Source: Alphaproteobacteria bacterium (lineage in GTDB: Bacteria > Pseudomonadota > Alphaproteobacteria > CAAHEQ01 > UBA3637). From it: DNA of 64,000 bases. The stretch spans positions 465 to 64,464 of the forward strand of contig SUUT01000002.1 in the NCBI GenBank assembly GCA_015062385.1, read 5' to 3'. A model generated the notes under the pieces. That model did not search any database. It was not told the origin of the DNA and was given only the letters and a program-made list of their open reading frames with translations. The position numbers were made by a program, and so were the translations under genes. Positions within the stretch are counted from its first letter, which is position 1. Every line of letters begins with the position of its first letter. Below are positions 15,494 through 25,520 of this stretch, one piece after another.

Positions 15494-18400
15494 TTATTCA
15501 TTTTGATTATCTTGATTGTGTTGCTGTTGTTTTAATCTGAGATAGAAATCGGATATCGAACCGGAGTTTCTTTTTTTATAATCTTCATACATTTTTTTAG
15601 TTATTATGTCTGTTTTATAATAGTCAAAAACAGGCAAGACATTGTTTTTATAAATTAATCTCAAATGTTTTAAAAATTTAAGGTAGTTCGGATTTGTTTT
15701 GATTTCCTTTTGTTGTCCTAAATCGTTTAACATCTGATAAAATTCATTTTCTCGAATGATAAAGGAATCAGCACCTTTTACTTTCTTTTCAAATAGAACT
15801 TCATCATCGGTTATGGTAATTTTGTACCATGTTCTGCCGGATTTTGCAATGATTTGATTGTCTTGACAAAGCGTTGCCGGAATGGAAAAGTTTTCCTGTG
15901 CCGGAATTTTAGTTTTATCACAGTATTTATTCATGTACATCATTTGCTGTGCATAATAGTGATAAACGTCTTGAATGGATGGGTATGAAGAGGCTGCTTG
16001 TGGATATAAGTTATCGCTATTTACAAAATCAGTGTAAATTTTTATTAATTTTTGTCCTAATTCAGTGGCTTGATCTTCATTTTTCAGCCATTCATTTAAC
16101 ATATTCAAGATGTATTTAGGCGGTAAAATTGTTTTTGTTTTTAACAGTAAATCTTGAACAACAAATTTTGGACGTTTCTCATCTAATGAGATTTGATAAA
16201 CAAATTTTCCTCTTTTTTCATATAATACATTATCGGCACACAAAACGGGTGGTATATCAAAAGATATAATATCTTCTCCTTGAAAATAGTTGGGTTTGCC
16301 CATTTTTATTTGTTGATGTCTTAAATATGTTTTATATAAATAATTAAAGTGGGGTTTTTGCTCGCTTTCAATGTAGAAATTATCCGTTAAAAATACTCCT
16401 CGGATTTCAGAACATATTTCGGGGCGAATTGTATCTGATATTGTTCCTGTATAAAGCAATCTCGGTGTTTCAAATTTAATAGGGGATAAAATATCATTTA
16501 ATATTTCTATTGAATCGATATCATCTTCTTCATTGTTTTGTTGTATAATCGGAAGAATTCGGTTGTGTTTTCTTCCCCAAGAAGCAATCCTAACCACCGG
16601 TTGTCTTTTGCTGGCTGTTGTTTGAATGGGCGTTGTTGGTATAGGTTGTTGAACCGTTTTTTCGGTTTGAACAATTGTTTCTTCTTGTTGAATAATAGGT
16701 TTTTCGGATACAGCATCAGGCTGATTAATCGGAATATCTTCTTTATGTACAATGGATTCTTGCATTGGAACAGACTGTTCTTCGGATGAATCAAGAGCGA
16801 CTTTAACAGGAGTTGTCAATTCATCATTTGAAATAATCGGATTTTTAACCGGAAGATCTTCTTTTCTTTGCAAGTCCGTTGTTTTTTCTGTTATTTGTAT
16901 TAATTCTGATGTATGTTGAGTGGTTGTATCAAAAATCAACGGTAAATTTAAAGTTGTTAATTGCATTAAATAATATTCATCATAAGATTGTTCTAAATCA
17001 GATAAAATATCATTTAATTCAGTACGGGACATCGATTCAATCGTATTGTTGTATAGTTTTTCAAAAGTGATCGTGCTTGACAAATCAATTTTGTAGTATA
17101 TACCATTTTTACGGGCATAAATACAATTATCGCCACAATGAATTGCCGGTATATCAACAGTATTGTTTTTGCCTGTTAGAATTTGAGAAAATAAAGGTAA
17201 TTCACTATATACAGGCGGAACATTTTTGTGAATAAATTCATTGAGTAATTTAACGGATTTTGATTCATAATAAGGTGATGGTTTAAACAATTTTGATTTT
17301 TGCGGACGAGCTTTTCCGATATAGGTATGCGTTCTGTAAAAGGCATTTTTTAATGTACTGATATTTATCTTTTTCAAATATCTATATATTTGATTTTTGG
17401 CAACATCCTGTAATATCCGATGAAATTCTTCTGCCGTCATATCTCGAATAACGCCGTTTTCCAAAACATCAAATGTCGGTGTTTCGGAGATGGTTATTCG
17501 GTAATAATTATTGTTATATTTTGCACAGAGCAAATTACCACTGCAAATATGTGTAATAATATCTTCTTCGGGTTCTATATGTTGTAATTGTGCTGATAAT
17601 TTTTGTTCTTCTTCAATTTGCTCAAAACGAGGGAATGTATAAATCGGATTTTTACGATTGTTTTTCTTTGCAAAAAATCCTTTGTATAAATTGGGTAATA
17701 TTCGTAATATTTTTTGACTTAATTCCGGATATGGTTTTAATGCTTCCGTTAAAATAGTTTTGACGTCTTCATACGGAATATGCCGTTGCTGTTTATTTAA
17801 AATATTACGAACGGAAAAGAATACATCACCGGAACGCAATGAAATAATATAATGATAAATCCCTTTTTTATAGTGAATCCGGTCGTCATTTGCCCAAACA
17901 GCCGGCATATCAAACGCATGATTTTCTTCATCTTTTAAATCAGGATTGTTGTTTTGAATAGCTCGTTTTAATGTTTCAATCCGAATTTGAGCATCAAAAT
18001 TAAAAGAATTCAGATTGTATTGATAGAATTCTGCTACTGCTGAATGACTGATATGTGTTGGGAATAAAGCCTTTTTTAATTCCTCAATATCATCATTTTC
18101 AAACATTTTGGGTTGATATTCGTACGGATTAAAATCATTTTTTTGTAATTCGCTCAAAATTTGGCGACTGCGTGTTTCCCGATTGGGTACTGTATAAGGT
18201 GTGGGTAAAATAATGTTTTCTGCTGTCCGGTTGAATTGTTCGGCAAAAAGAGACTGTTCCTTAAATGCTTTTTTTAAGTGTCTCATACTGATTTTATGTT
18301 GTATTTTACGTTCGTAAATGCCATTTAAAATCAGGTTAAATTCGTCTGCTGTTATTGAGCGGATTTGATTGTTTTCCAATGCTTCAAACGTTATCGGTTC

Positions 18401-21400
18401 TTTTATTTTGATTTTGTAATAAATTTGATTGTATCGGGCATAAATGATATTTCCGGCACATAAGCAGGGTAAAATAGTATCAGTTGGGATAGTCCCGTTT
18501 AATTGTGCCGTTAAATTGTCAAATTCTATTATCTGATCAAACCGGGGATAATCGGATTTTTGTGTTTTATATCGTTCGGGGCTAATCTGATATTTTTGAT
18601 ATAATTTATTCAGCATTTCAGATATTAGGCGGGTATCCGGATTATTTGCATCAAAATTATCGGTAATAAGTGTATTTAAATTTTCCACTTGGAAAAGAAT
18701 GGCTGTACCTGTTGCTTTTTTAAATTTAGAAAATGTCACATTTTTTTCATCTAACGAAAAAACATAATGATATTGATTGTCTAATGCATGTACTTTTCCA
18801 TCACTGCATAAAGTAGGGGGTAATATAATTTCATTTTCATCTTTTTGTGCAATTTTTTGCTTTAAAATCAAACTTTTTTGCAAAGTTAAAAAATCAGGAA
18901 AAGCAAATTCATCTTCAAAAAACGGTGTTGTTTCCTGCACGATATTTGTATCGTTTTTTGCTGTGTTTTTTATTGGGTTTAACGAACCGAAGATATTTTC
19001 GGTTTCATGTGTGCCTGCCTGTATTCCTGTTTCTTCGGATAATTGAACAATGTATTGTTGGATAGACGTTTGTTCTTGCTGATTGCTTACGAATGAATTA
19101 TTTGTTGCCGTATTGTCATACAAAACATTCAGAGGACGTTTATTTAGACCTAAATTATTTAATTTATAGCTTTTTATTGAGCGGAATAAATCGTTTATGA
19201 TTTTGTTTAATTCTGATTTTGTCATTCGCCGAATAATTCCGTTTTCCCAAGCTTCAAATACAGGGGATTCTTTATAGCGAAGTTTATAGAAAACATTATT
19301 GTATCGAGCCAAAATGGTGTTGTTTTCACATAAAACAGGCAAAATATCGCTTTGGGTATCTTGATTATTGAGTTCCAGTTGTTTTTCGGCTAATAAGAGA
19401 GCTTGTTTTAAAGATGGTTGTAAATGTTTGCTTTCCGGAGAAATAAAGTGTTGCGACATATAAGCTGTTGCAAATCGTGCCAATACAGTGTGTCCTGTTT
19501 CGATGTCGTTTTTAAAGATATCTAATACTGTTTTTTTTATAATAAACGGTGACATAATTCTATATGCTCTTGTTTTGATATCTTTTTCCAAAAATGAAGG
19601 GCGTTTTAAGTCTAAAGAAATATAGTACAGTTTTCGACCGTCTTTCCAATGTAAAAAATTATCCGGTGTAATAATCGGTTCATAAGAATATAATTGATTT
19701 TTTTCATCAAACAAATTAGGATTATGTGTTTCAATCGCATGCGTTAATGATTGAATTTGTTGATGATAGTAGGGATTGATTTGTAAAGTGTTTTCTTCTA
19801 AAAATGAATTTAAATTAAGAGATGAACCATAATTTATCGTTATTTTCGATTGTTGTTCAGTTAAAATTTCTTGTCGATTTTGAGCGGGAAAGCGTGTTTC
19901 AAATTCATATTCAAGGGAATGCTTGTTATTAAAATCAAGCAATTCAATAATTGGTGTATATTGAATTGATTCCGGAATTGTAAACACTGGTGTTTGTTGT
20001 TTGTTAATTTGTTGGAAATACTTGCTCTTTAACCCGTTTGCTTTTGTTTCTTGTAAAACCGGTTGATGATAAGTTCCTAATAATTCCTGATTGATTTTTT
20101 GAATTTCATCGGCATTCATCGGACGGATTTGACCGTTTTGTAATGCGGTAAATGTGAGGGTGGGGGATAATGTTATTTTGTATAAAACATTTCCTTTTTT
20201 TGCAATAATAATATTACCGGCACAAATGGTTGCCGAAATATCTGATAATTTTTCAGATGTTTGATTCAAATAATTAAATACTAAAACTTGTTTTGCCGTA
20301 GGCCAAGAACGCTTGTTGTTTCTGGCTCGAACTGATTGTGTCGTAAGTGATTTATACGCTTTTTGAAATTGCCGGATAATACTTTTTTTGTTTGATACAT
20401 TTGGAACAATGGTATTTAAAACTGTTTCAAAATCTGCAACAGGTATTTTTTTATTTGTACCATCTGCTACTTCTACTCGGTAATAAGGCATATTTAAGTC
20501 AAGGGAAATAATATATTTTTTTCCGTTTGCCGATGTATATAAGCAGTCATTTTGAGCAATATATGTTGTATTTATCGGTTGATAAATCTTTGTTGCGAGA
20601 TGGTGTTTTAAAGCTGTCTGTTCAATTTTTTCCTGATAACGGTTATCCGGTCGCAATTTGATGCTTTCTTGCCAAAAAGCGAGTGCTTGTCGAATTTCAT
20701 CTTCCTGTGTTTGTGGTGCAGAATATTGAATCGTACTTTCTGCTATTGTTTGGTGGGTTAAAGACGGAATTGTTTCTTCTTTTGAATGCGTAACCATTGA
20801 GTCTGTTAAAGCTGATTTAATAATTTGTTCAGATGAAGGTGTGGTTGCTTTATTGGTTTCAGAAGAGACTGTTTGTAATGGTACGGTTTTTAAAGCTGCG
20901 TGCAAATCGTTTGCAAAAGATAATGTTTGTTGGTTTGTTTGTTCTTGTTGCTCAAAAAATTTCTGTTGGGGGGATACGGTCTTTCCGTATCGTTCCAAAA
21001 GGGCATTTGCACCTGCTTTCATTAAATAAACGGCATTATATCGTTCGCTTAAATACCGACTGATAAATCGGACTTCATTTAATGTCATTTGACGGATTTT
21101 TCCATCTTGGTAAACACCGTATGACGGGGCTCCGTCTAATGTGATTTTATAAAAGGCATTTCCGTATTTTGCCATAATAATTTGATTAGCACAAATAATC
21201 GGATTGATATTTTGCAAAACTGTTTTTTCGGCAAGTAAACTTTGGTATTTTGCCGTTTCGATTACTTGTTGAACGGAAGGAAGTTGTTTTGCCTCTCGTT
21301 TTCTTTTATGCTTAATTTTGGAATAATATAATTTCTCAAAAAATTGTATGTATTTTTGGCACAGATGTGAATCCGGTATTACTTTTGTCAGAATTTGTTG

Positions 21401-23887
21401 AACTTCCACCCATTTAAGTGTTTGTTCGGTTCTGTTTTCCGTTTTCTTAATAAAAAACGGATGATCTTCATCTAATGAAAAAATATACGTTGTGTTGTTT
21501 TCTTTGTAGTAAAGACGATTCCTGCGGTCAATAATCGGATTTCTTATTTTAACAGAACCGGCATTTTCCGGGTATTTTTGTGCGTATTCGGTTTTTAGTT
21601 GATTAAGTTCATCTTCAGCTTTAAAGGAGGGTAAAATAAAATTCGGACCGAAAAAGAAATCTGCCGTTTCAAGTTCTGTTGTCATTGGTACTGTTGAATC
21701 GGGTGTTTCAAGTAAATTTGTTACTTTTATATATGGTCCTCTTGTGGATTTCGGTTGCTGTTTGATTCGAATGGTTGGATTGATTTCTTCAAAAGAAATA
21801 ATTTTTTGAGCCAAAGAGTATTGTGAAATATCTGTTTGTTCGGGCAGGGCAGTTTCATCTGTGTGTTCGGCAGAGATTTGTTGATTTGATGCAAAAAATT
21901 TGTTCTTTAATGCTTCGGCATTCACTTCTGCCAATTGTGCATAATTATATTGTCTGCGTAAATCTTTTAAAAAGATTTTAAACTCATTAACCGTCATTGG
22001 AGCACGTTTTCCGTTTTTGTATGTTTCAAATCGGAATGGTTGTTTTGTTGATACTTTATAATAAACATCATCATATCGGGCCAAAAGGATATTTCCGGCA
22101 CAAATAACCGGTAAAATGTCGGTTATCGGATATTTTTTGAATAAATTGATATAATAATGACGTTCCAAAACCTGTTTAACAGACGGATATGTACTTTTTG
22201 AAACTTTTGTCGGCAGTGTGGATGTATGAACCCTTTGTAAAATGGCTAAAACCTGTTCTTGTGTTTCCGATGATTCCGATTGGATAAGCGGTAAAATTAC
22301 TTCTTTGATTTCAGCAAAAGAAAGTGTTCTTTGTTTGCCTGTTATATTATCCCGAATAAAAGAGGTACTTTGTCGGGGATTTAATGAAATGATAATTTGA
22401 TAATTATTTTTTTGAAAGCTAAGCAGTTGATTGCTGAATATGTTTACAGAATGATCAACAAAGAGTTTTGAGTTAACATCCTTGATGTTTTTAATGCCAT
22501 TTTTGAGAGCATTTTTATATCTGTTGATTTCTGAAAAGGTATAAAATTCAGGAAGTTGACCTTTTGCATTATAAAAATCCAATACGTCCGATGTGATGGC
22601 AGAGAGGTAATTTTGTTGTGGTAATTGGTCGGTTTGTTCATCTTTGTAAAGTGACATGAATTCTGAAATGGATGGTAAAACCGAACGATTATCTTCAATC
22701 GGTTGTTTTGTTTCTTGGCTGTCTGTTGTTTGATTCGTACTAACAAGTGGTGTGTGAATAACGGCAGGTTGAATTAAATCTTTTTGCTTGTTTTCATCTG
22801 ATTTTGTCTCGGATTTTGTCACCGAAGTTATGTTATTCGAACGCATGTTTATTTCTTGTTGCGTGTTTTCTTCTGTTACTTCAAGACCATCAGCTTTTTT
22901 AAATTGAATAAAAGGTACATAATTTGATGATTTTTTGCGAGGTCGTCTGACCGGATTTGAAATCAAATCTGTTGTTTCTTGGCTTTGCCATTTTCGGTAC
23001 TCATTGCTTTTTTCTTTTGTATAAGAAATTTCATCTGTTTTTGCATCTTCCGATAAAATGATAGGTTCTGTTTCAATTAAAACAACATCAGCCGATATGG
23101 GTTTGATCGTTTCTGATATTATTGTTTGAGTCTCTTCAATAGAGGCAGATACTTGCGGTTGTTGAGTTGTTTGGGGTGGTGTGTCTATATTTTCTTTTCC
23201 CTGTTGATCGGTTGATTTATTCTTTTTCTTTTTGGGGCCGATTAAATCAAGTGTTCCGACTTCTCGCCATTTTTTTAATTGATCCATCATTTCTTGTGAA
23301 GAACGATTATGTGTAAAATTATTGTGTTGCGTAAACGATGCGGGACGTGGAGCTTGTGTTTTTTCTTGTCCTTGTGCCGATGCCGGTAATTGTGTCGATT
23401 CTAACATTGGAGAATGCCGTAAAATCGGTTTTGTTTTTTTTGAATCAGGTTGTGTTTGGGATTCTTTATTTGTTTTTAAGGCATTTTTATCAGCCCTGAT
23501 TTCTTTTTTTACAACGCTTTGAAAATTAGGACTTTCACAAATAATTTGGCAGGCTTTTTCATAAATAAATGGGGCTTGATTGTTGTCGATTGCTGGTTTG
23601 TTTTTGTTGAATTCTCTAAAAAATTGCGGAAAGTAAGAGAGTTTATCTTCAATATCTTCATTCATACTACAATAATTGTTCATAATACTGAAAATATCTT
23701 GTTCCGTCATCGGTTCTATTTTTGTTGGGGTCAAAACAAAAAAGGCTGGATGAGATGTGCTGAAAATTATCCGAAAGAGGCGATTGTTTTGTTTTGCAAA
23801 CAAAAAAGTTCTTTTGCCTTTTTTATAAACAATCGGATCAAAAGCTTCTAAGTTCTCAATTTGTTGAATAGCTGACATTTCATTCAT
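15494..23887 (-). CDS. Giant repeat protein (2797 aa) built from an unrecognised ~55-aa domain
   Basis: There is one uninterrupted ORF of 8.4 kb. At least a dozen diverged copies of two alternating module types are present, for example ICAGNIIIAKKGNVLYKITLSPTLTFTALQNGQIRPMNADEIQKI and NGKKYIISLDLNMPYYRVEVADGTNKKIPVADFETVL. Q/T/S/P-rich linkers separate them, and there is no N-terminal signal peptide. Confidence 0.8.
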   Translation of the reverse strand: MNEMSAIQQIENLEAFDPIVYKKGKRTFLFAKQNNRLFRIIFSTSHPAFFVLTPTKIEPMTEQDIFSIMNNYCSMNEDIEDKLSYFPQFFREFNKNKPAIDNNQAPFIYEKACQIICESPNFQSVVKKEIRADKNALKTNKESQTQPDSKKTKPILRHSPMLESTQLPASAQGQEKTQAPRPASFTQHNNFTHNRSSQEMMDQLKKWREVGTLDLIGPKKKKNKSTDQQGKENIDTPPQTTQQPQVSASIEETQTIISETIKPISADVVLIETEPIILSEDAKTDEISYTKEKSNEYRKWQSQETTDLISNPVRRPRKKSSNYVPFIQFKKADGLEVTEENTQQEINMRSNNITSVTKSETKSDENKQKDLIQPAVIHTPLVSTNQTTDSQETKQPIEDNRSVLPSISEFMSLYKDEQTDQLPQQNYLSAITSDVLDFYNAKGQLPEFYTFSEINRYKNALKNGIKNIKDVNSKLFVDHSVNIFSNQLLSFQKNNYQIIISLNPRQSTSFIRDNITGKQRTLSFAEIKEVILPLIQSESSETQEQVLAILQRVHTSTLPTKVSKSTYPSVKQVLERHYYINLFKKYPITDILPVICAGNILLARYDDVYYKVSTKQPFRFETYKNGKRAPMTVNEFKIFLKDLRRQYNYAQLAEVNAEALKNKFFASNQQISAEHTDETALPEQTDISQYSLAQKIISFEEINPTIRIKQQPKSTRGPYIKVTNLLETPDSTVPMTTELETADFFFGPNFILPSFKAEDELNQLKTEYAQKYPENAGSVKIRNPIIDRRNRLYYKENNTTYIFSLDEDHPFFIKKTENRTEQTLKWVEVQQILTKVIPDSHLCQKYIQFFEKLYYSKIKHKRKREAKQLPSVQQVIETAKYQSLLAEKTVLQNINPIICANQIIMAKYGNAFYKITLDGAPSYGVYQDGKIRQMTLNEVRFISRYLSERYNAVYLMKAGANALLERYGKTVSPQQKFFEQQEQTNQQTLSFANDLHAALKTVPLQTVSSETNKATTPSSEQIIKSALTDSMVTHSKEETIPSLTHQTIAESTIQYSAPQTQEDEIRQALAFWQESIKLRPDNRYQEKIEQTALKHHLATKIYQPINTTYIAQNDCLYTSANGKKYIISLDLNMPYYRVEVADGTNKKIPVADFETVLNTIVPNVSNKKSIIRQFQKAYKSLTTQSVRARNNKRSWPTAKQVLVFNYLNQTSEKLSDISATICAGNIIIAKKGNVLYKITLSPTLTFTALQNGQIRPMNADEIQKINQELLGTYHQPVLQETKANGLKSKYFQQINKQQTPVFTIPESIQYTPIIELLDFNNKHSLEYEFETRFPAQNRQEILTEQQSKITINYGSSLNLNSFLEENTLQINPYYHQQIQSLTHAIETHNPNLFDEKNQLYSYEPIITPDNFLHWKDGRKLYYISLDLKRPSFLEKDIKTRAYRIMSPFIIKKTVLDIFKNDIETGHTVLARFATAYMSQHFISPESKHLQPSLKQALLLAEKQLELNNQDTQSDILPVLCENNTILARYNNVFYKLRYKESPVFEAWENGIIRRMTKSELNKIINDLFRSIKSYKLNNLGLNKRPLNVLYDNTATNNSFVSNQQEQTSIQQYIVQLSEETGIQAGTHETENIFGSLNPIKNTAKNDTNIVQETTPFFEDEFAFPDFLTLQKSLILKQKIAQKDENEIILPPTLCSDGKVHALDNQYHYVFSLDEKNVTFSKFKKATGTAILFQVENLNTLITDNFDANNPDTRLISEMLNKLYQKYQISPERYKTQKSDYPRFDQIIEFDNLTAQLNGTIPTDTILPCLCAGNIIYARYNQIYYKIKIKEPITFEALENNQIRSITADEFNLILNGIYERKIQHKISMRHLKKAFKEQSLFAEQFNRTAENIILPTPYTVPNRETRSRQILSELQKNDFNPYEYQPKMFENDDIEELKKALFPTHISHSAVAEFYQYNLNSFNFDAQIRIETLKRAIQNNNPDLKDEENHAFDMPAVWANDDRIHYKKGIYHYIISLRSGDVFFSVRNILNKQQRHIPYEDVKTILTEALKPYPELSQKILRILPNLYKGFFAKKNNRKNPIYTFPRFEQIEEEQKLSAQLQHIEPEEDIITHICSGNLLCAKYNNNYYRITISETPTFDVLENGVIRDMTAEEFHRILQDVAKNQIYRYLKKINISTLKNAFYRTHTYIGKARPQKSKLFKPSPYYESKSVKLLNEFIHKNVPPVYSELPLFSQILTGKNNTVDIPAIHCGDNCIYARKNGIYYKIDLSSTITFEKLYNNTIESMSRTELNDILSDLEQSYDEYYLMQLTTLNLPLIFDTTTQHTSELIQITEKTTDLQRKEDLPVKNPIISNDELTTPVKVALDSSEEQSVPMQESIVHKEDIPINQPDAVSEKPIIQQEETIVQTEKTVQQPIPTTPIQTTASKRQPVVRIASWGRKHNRILPIIQQNNEEDDIDSIEILNDILSPIKFETPRLLYTGTISDTIRPEICSEIRGVFLTDNFYIESEQKPHFNYLYKTYLRHQQIKMGKPNYFQGEDIISFDIPPVLCADNVLYEKRGKFVYQISLDEKRPKFVVQDLLLKTKTILPPKYILNMLNEWLKNEDQATELGQKLIKIYTDFVNSDNLYPQAASSYPSIQDVYHYYAQQMMYMNKYCDKTKIPAQENFSIPATLCQDNQIIAKSGRTWYKITITDDEVLFEKKVKGADSFIIRENEFYQMLNDLGQQKEIKTNPNYLKFLKHLRLIYKNNVLPVFDYYKTDIITKKMYEDYKKRNSGSISDFYLRLKQQQHNQDNQNE

Positions 23888-23925
23888 TTTTTATCCTTAT
23901 ATTATTTTAGTTTTTTGATGCGTTT

Positions 23926-24714
23926 TTATTGGTTAATCCGTCCGTGACATAAAGTACGTTCCATCGGTGTAAAGGATTGTAACCCTTGTGCCAAATGTGT
24001 TCTGATTTGAGAATATAAGACAGATGCATAATGTTCTGATGGTTTTTCAACCGATATTGTTATAAATTTTTGATATAATTGAGCCAATTTATTGATTTCA
24101 GATTCTGCTTTTTGTGATTCACCGGTAAAATCGATAAATTCAGCAACTTCTTCCATAGACATCGGTTCTGCCTGATTAAGGGATACTTTCCAAAAGGCCG
24201 GTTTTTGTGCATTTAATGCAGCATAAAACAGATGACCGTTTAGTTTTGCACAAACAGCTATTGCATTATCTTGATTGTCACGAATTAAAACAGGACTGAT
24301 AGATGTATATTTATCCAGTAATTTTGATCGTTGTGTTGCTTTTCGCTGTGTTTCTTGCATATTGTTGTGCTTTTTGACAAAAACAGGTGTTGCTTTTATG
24401 CGTTCTTTTTCGGCTCTTTCCGCAGCAAATTTTTTGTCGGCCAATTCCTCTAAAATGGCTAGAATTTTTTTATCTTTGGGATGCATATGAATAGCAACAC
24501 GAGATAATAATTCTTTTACTTCCGTCTGCGTCATCGGAATGTGTCCTTTGTGCGGATGTGTAAAAGATTTATAAAAATATATTTGTGCCGGATTAATGGA
24601 GAATGTATAGTAATATTCCGGAAATTTTCCAACCACTTCCAAATTTTGTATGGAATCATTCATATAAACCATTGGCGGAACAAAATCGGCTCCTTTTTTT
24701 GTTTTTTTGCTCAT
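23926..24714 (-). CDS. Small paralog of the giant repeat protein (two modules)
   Basis: It contains one copy of each module type: YYYTFSINPAQIYFYKSFTHPHKGHIPMTQTEVKELL and AIAVCAKLNGHLFYAALNAQKPAFWKVSLNQAEPMSMEEVAEFI. Confidence 0.65.
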   Translation of the reverse strand: MSKKTKKGADFVPPMVYMNDSIQNLEVVGKFPEYYYTFSINPAQIYFYKSFTHPHKGHIPMTQTEVKELLSRVAIHMHPKDKKILAILEELADKKFAAERAEKERIKATPVFVKKHNNMQETQRKATQRSKLLDKYTSISPVLIRDNQDNAIAVCAKLNGHLFYAALNAQKPAFWKVSLNQAEPMSMEEVAEFIDFTGESQKAESEINKLAQLYQKFITISVEKPSEHYASVLYSQIRTHLAQGLQSFTPMERTLCHGRINQ

Positions 24715-24799
24715 TATTTATCCTTTTTATGCATAATAAATTGATTGAGACAGGATAACATAAAACGATTGTTTTGTCAATGTTTTTGAATGATGTGTT

Positions 24800-25297
24800 T
24801 TAAAAAAGTGTCTGATGATTTTTAAATAGAGTAATTATTTCGCTATGATGATTGTCTTTTGCAATATCAAGAGCTGTTAAGCCGTCATTATCTTTAATGT
24901 TTATATCGGCACCCGCACTTAACAACAGTCGAATAATATCGGTTCTGTTTGTAACGGTGGCTGTAATAAGTGCAGTTCCTCCGTCATTGTCAATGGCATT
25001 CACATCAGCATGGGCATTAATTAATTCTTGAACAATTGCAGTATGACCATTAAATGTTGCCGTCATTAAGGGGGTCCAGCCATCATCTTGCATGTTAACG
25101 TCTGCTCCGGCATCAATCAGTGTTTTGACAATATCCAAATTTCCGTGTTGAATGGCAATGAGTAGAATAGGGGTCTCATTTTCATCCCGTGCATTCACAT
25201 CAGCACCGGCATTAATAGCTGATTTTGCGGCATATAAATATTTTTTATGAATGGAATTAATTAATTCTTTTGTCGCTTTTTCATTAGTTTTTGTCAT
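24800..25297 (-). CDS. Ankyrin-repeat protein
   Basis: Four to five canonical ANK repeats (G.TPL..A...G...IV..L...GADVN). Confidence 0.9.
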   Translation of the reverse strand: MTKTNEKATKELINSIHKKYLYAAKSAINAGADVNARDENETPILLIAIQHGNLDIVKTLIDAGADVNMQDDGWTPLMTATFNGHTAIVQELINAHADVNAIDNDGGTALITATVTNRTDIIRLLLSAGADINIKDNDGLTALDIAKDNHHSEIITLFKNHQTLF

Positions 25298-25469
25298 TTT
25301 TTTATCCTATATTTAATCAAGTGAATATAATATAACAGAAATATCCGTAAAATCAAGAGAATTTCATATAAATGATGTAACGATGATAAAAAGCAGATAA
25401 TCCGGTTTTGTATGTAGGCCTATTAAAATTTGTTCAGAAAAGTTTGTTGAAATGATATCTTCTATATAA

Positions 25470-25497
25470 AACAAGCCGATACGAAATCCGCATCGGC
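25470..25497 (-). terminator. Intrinsic terminator after rpoD
   Basis: Stem gccgat/atcggc, followed on the minus strand by ttgtttta. Confidence 0.45.
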
Positions 25498-25520
25498 AAG
25501 TAATCTTTTTGTTCTATAAA

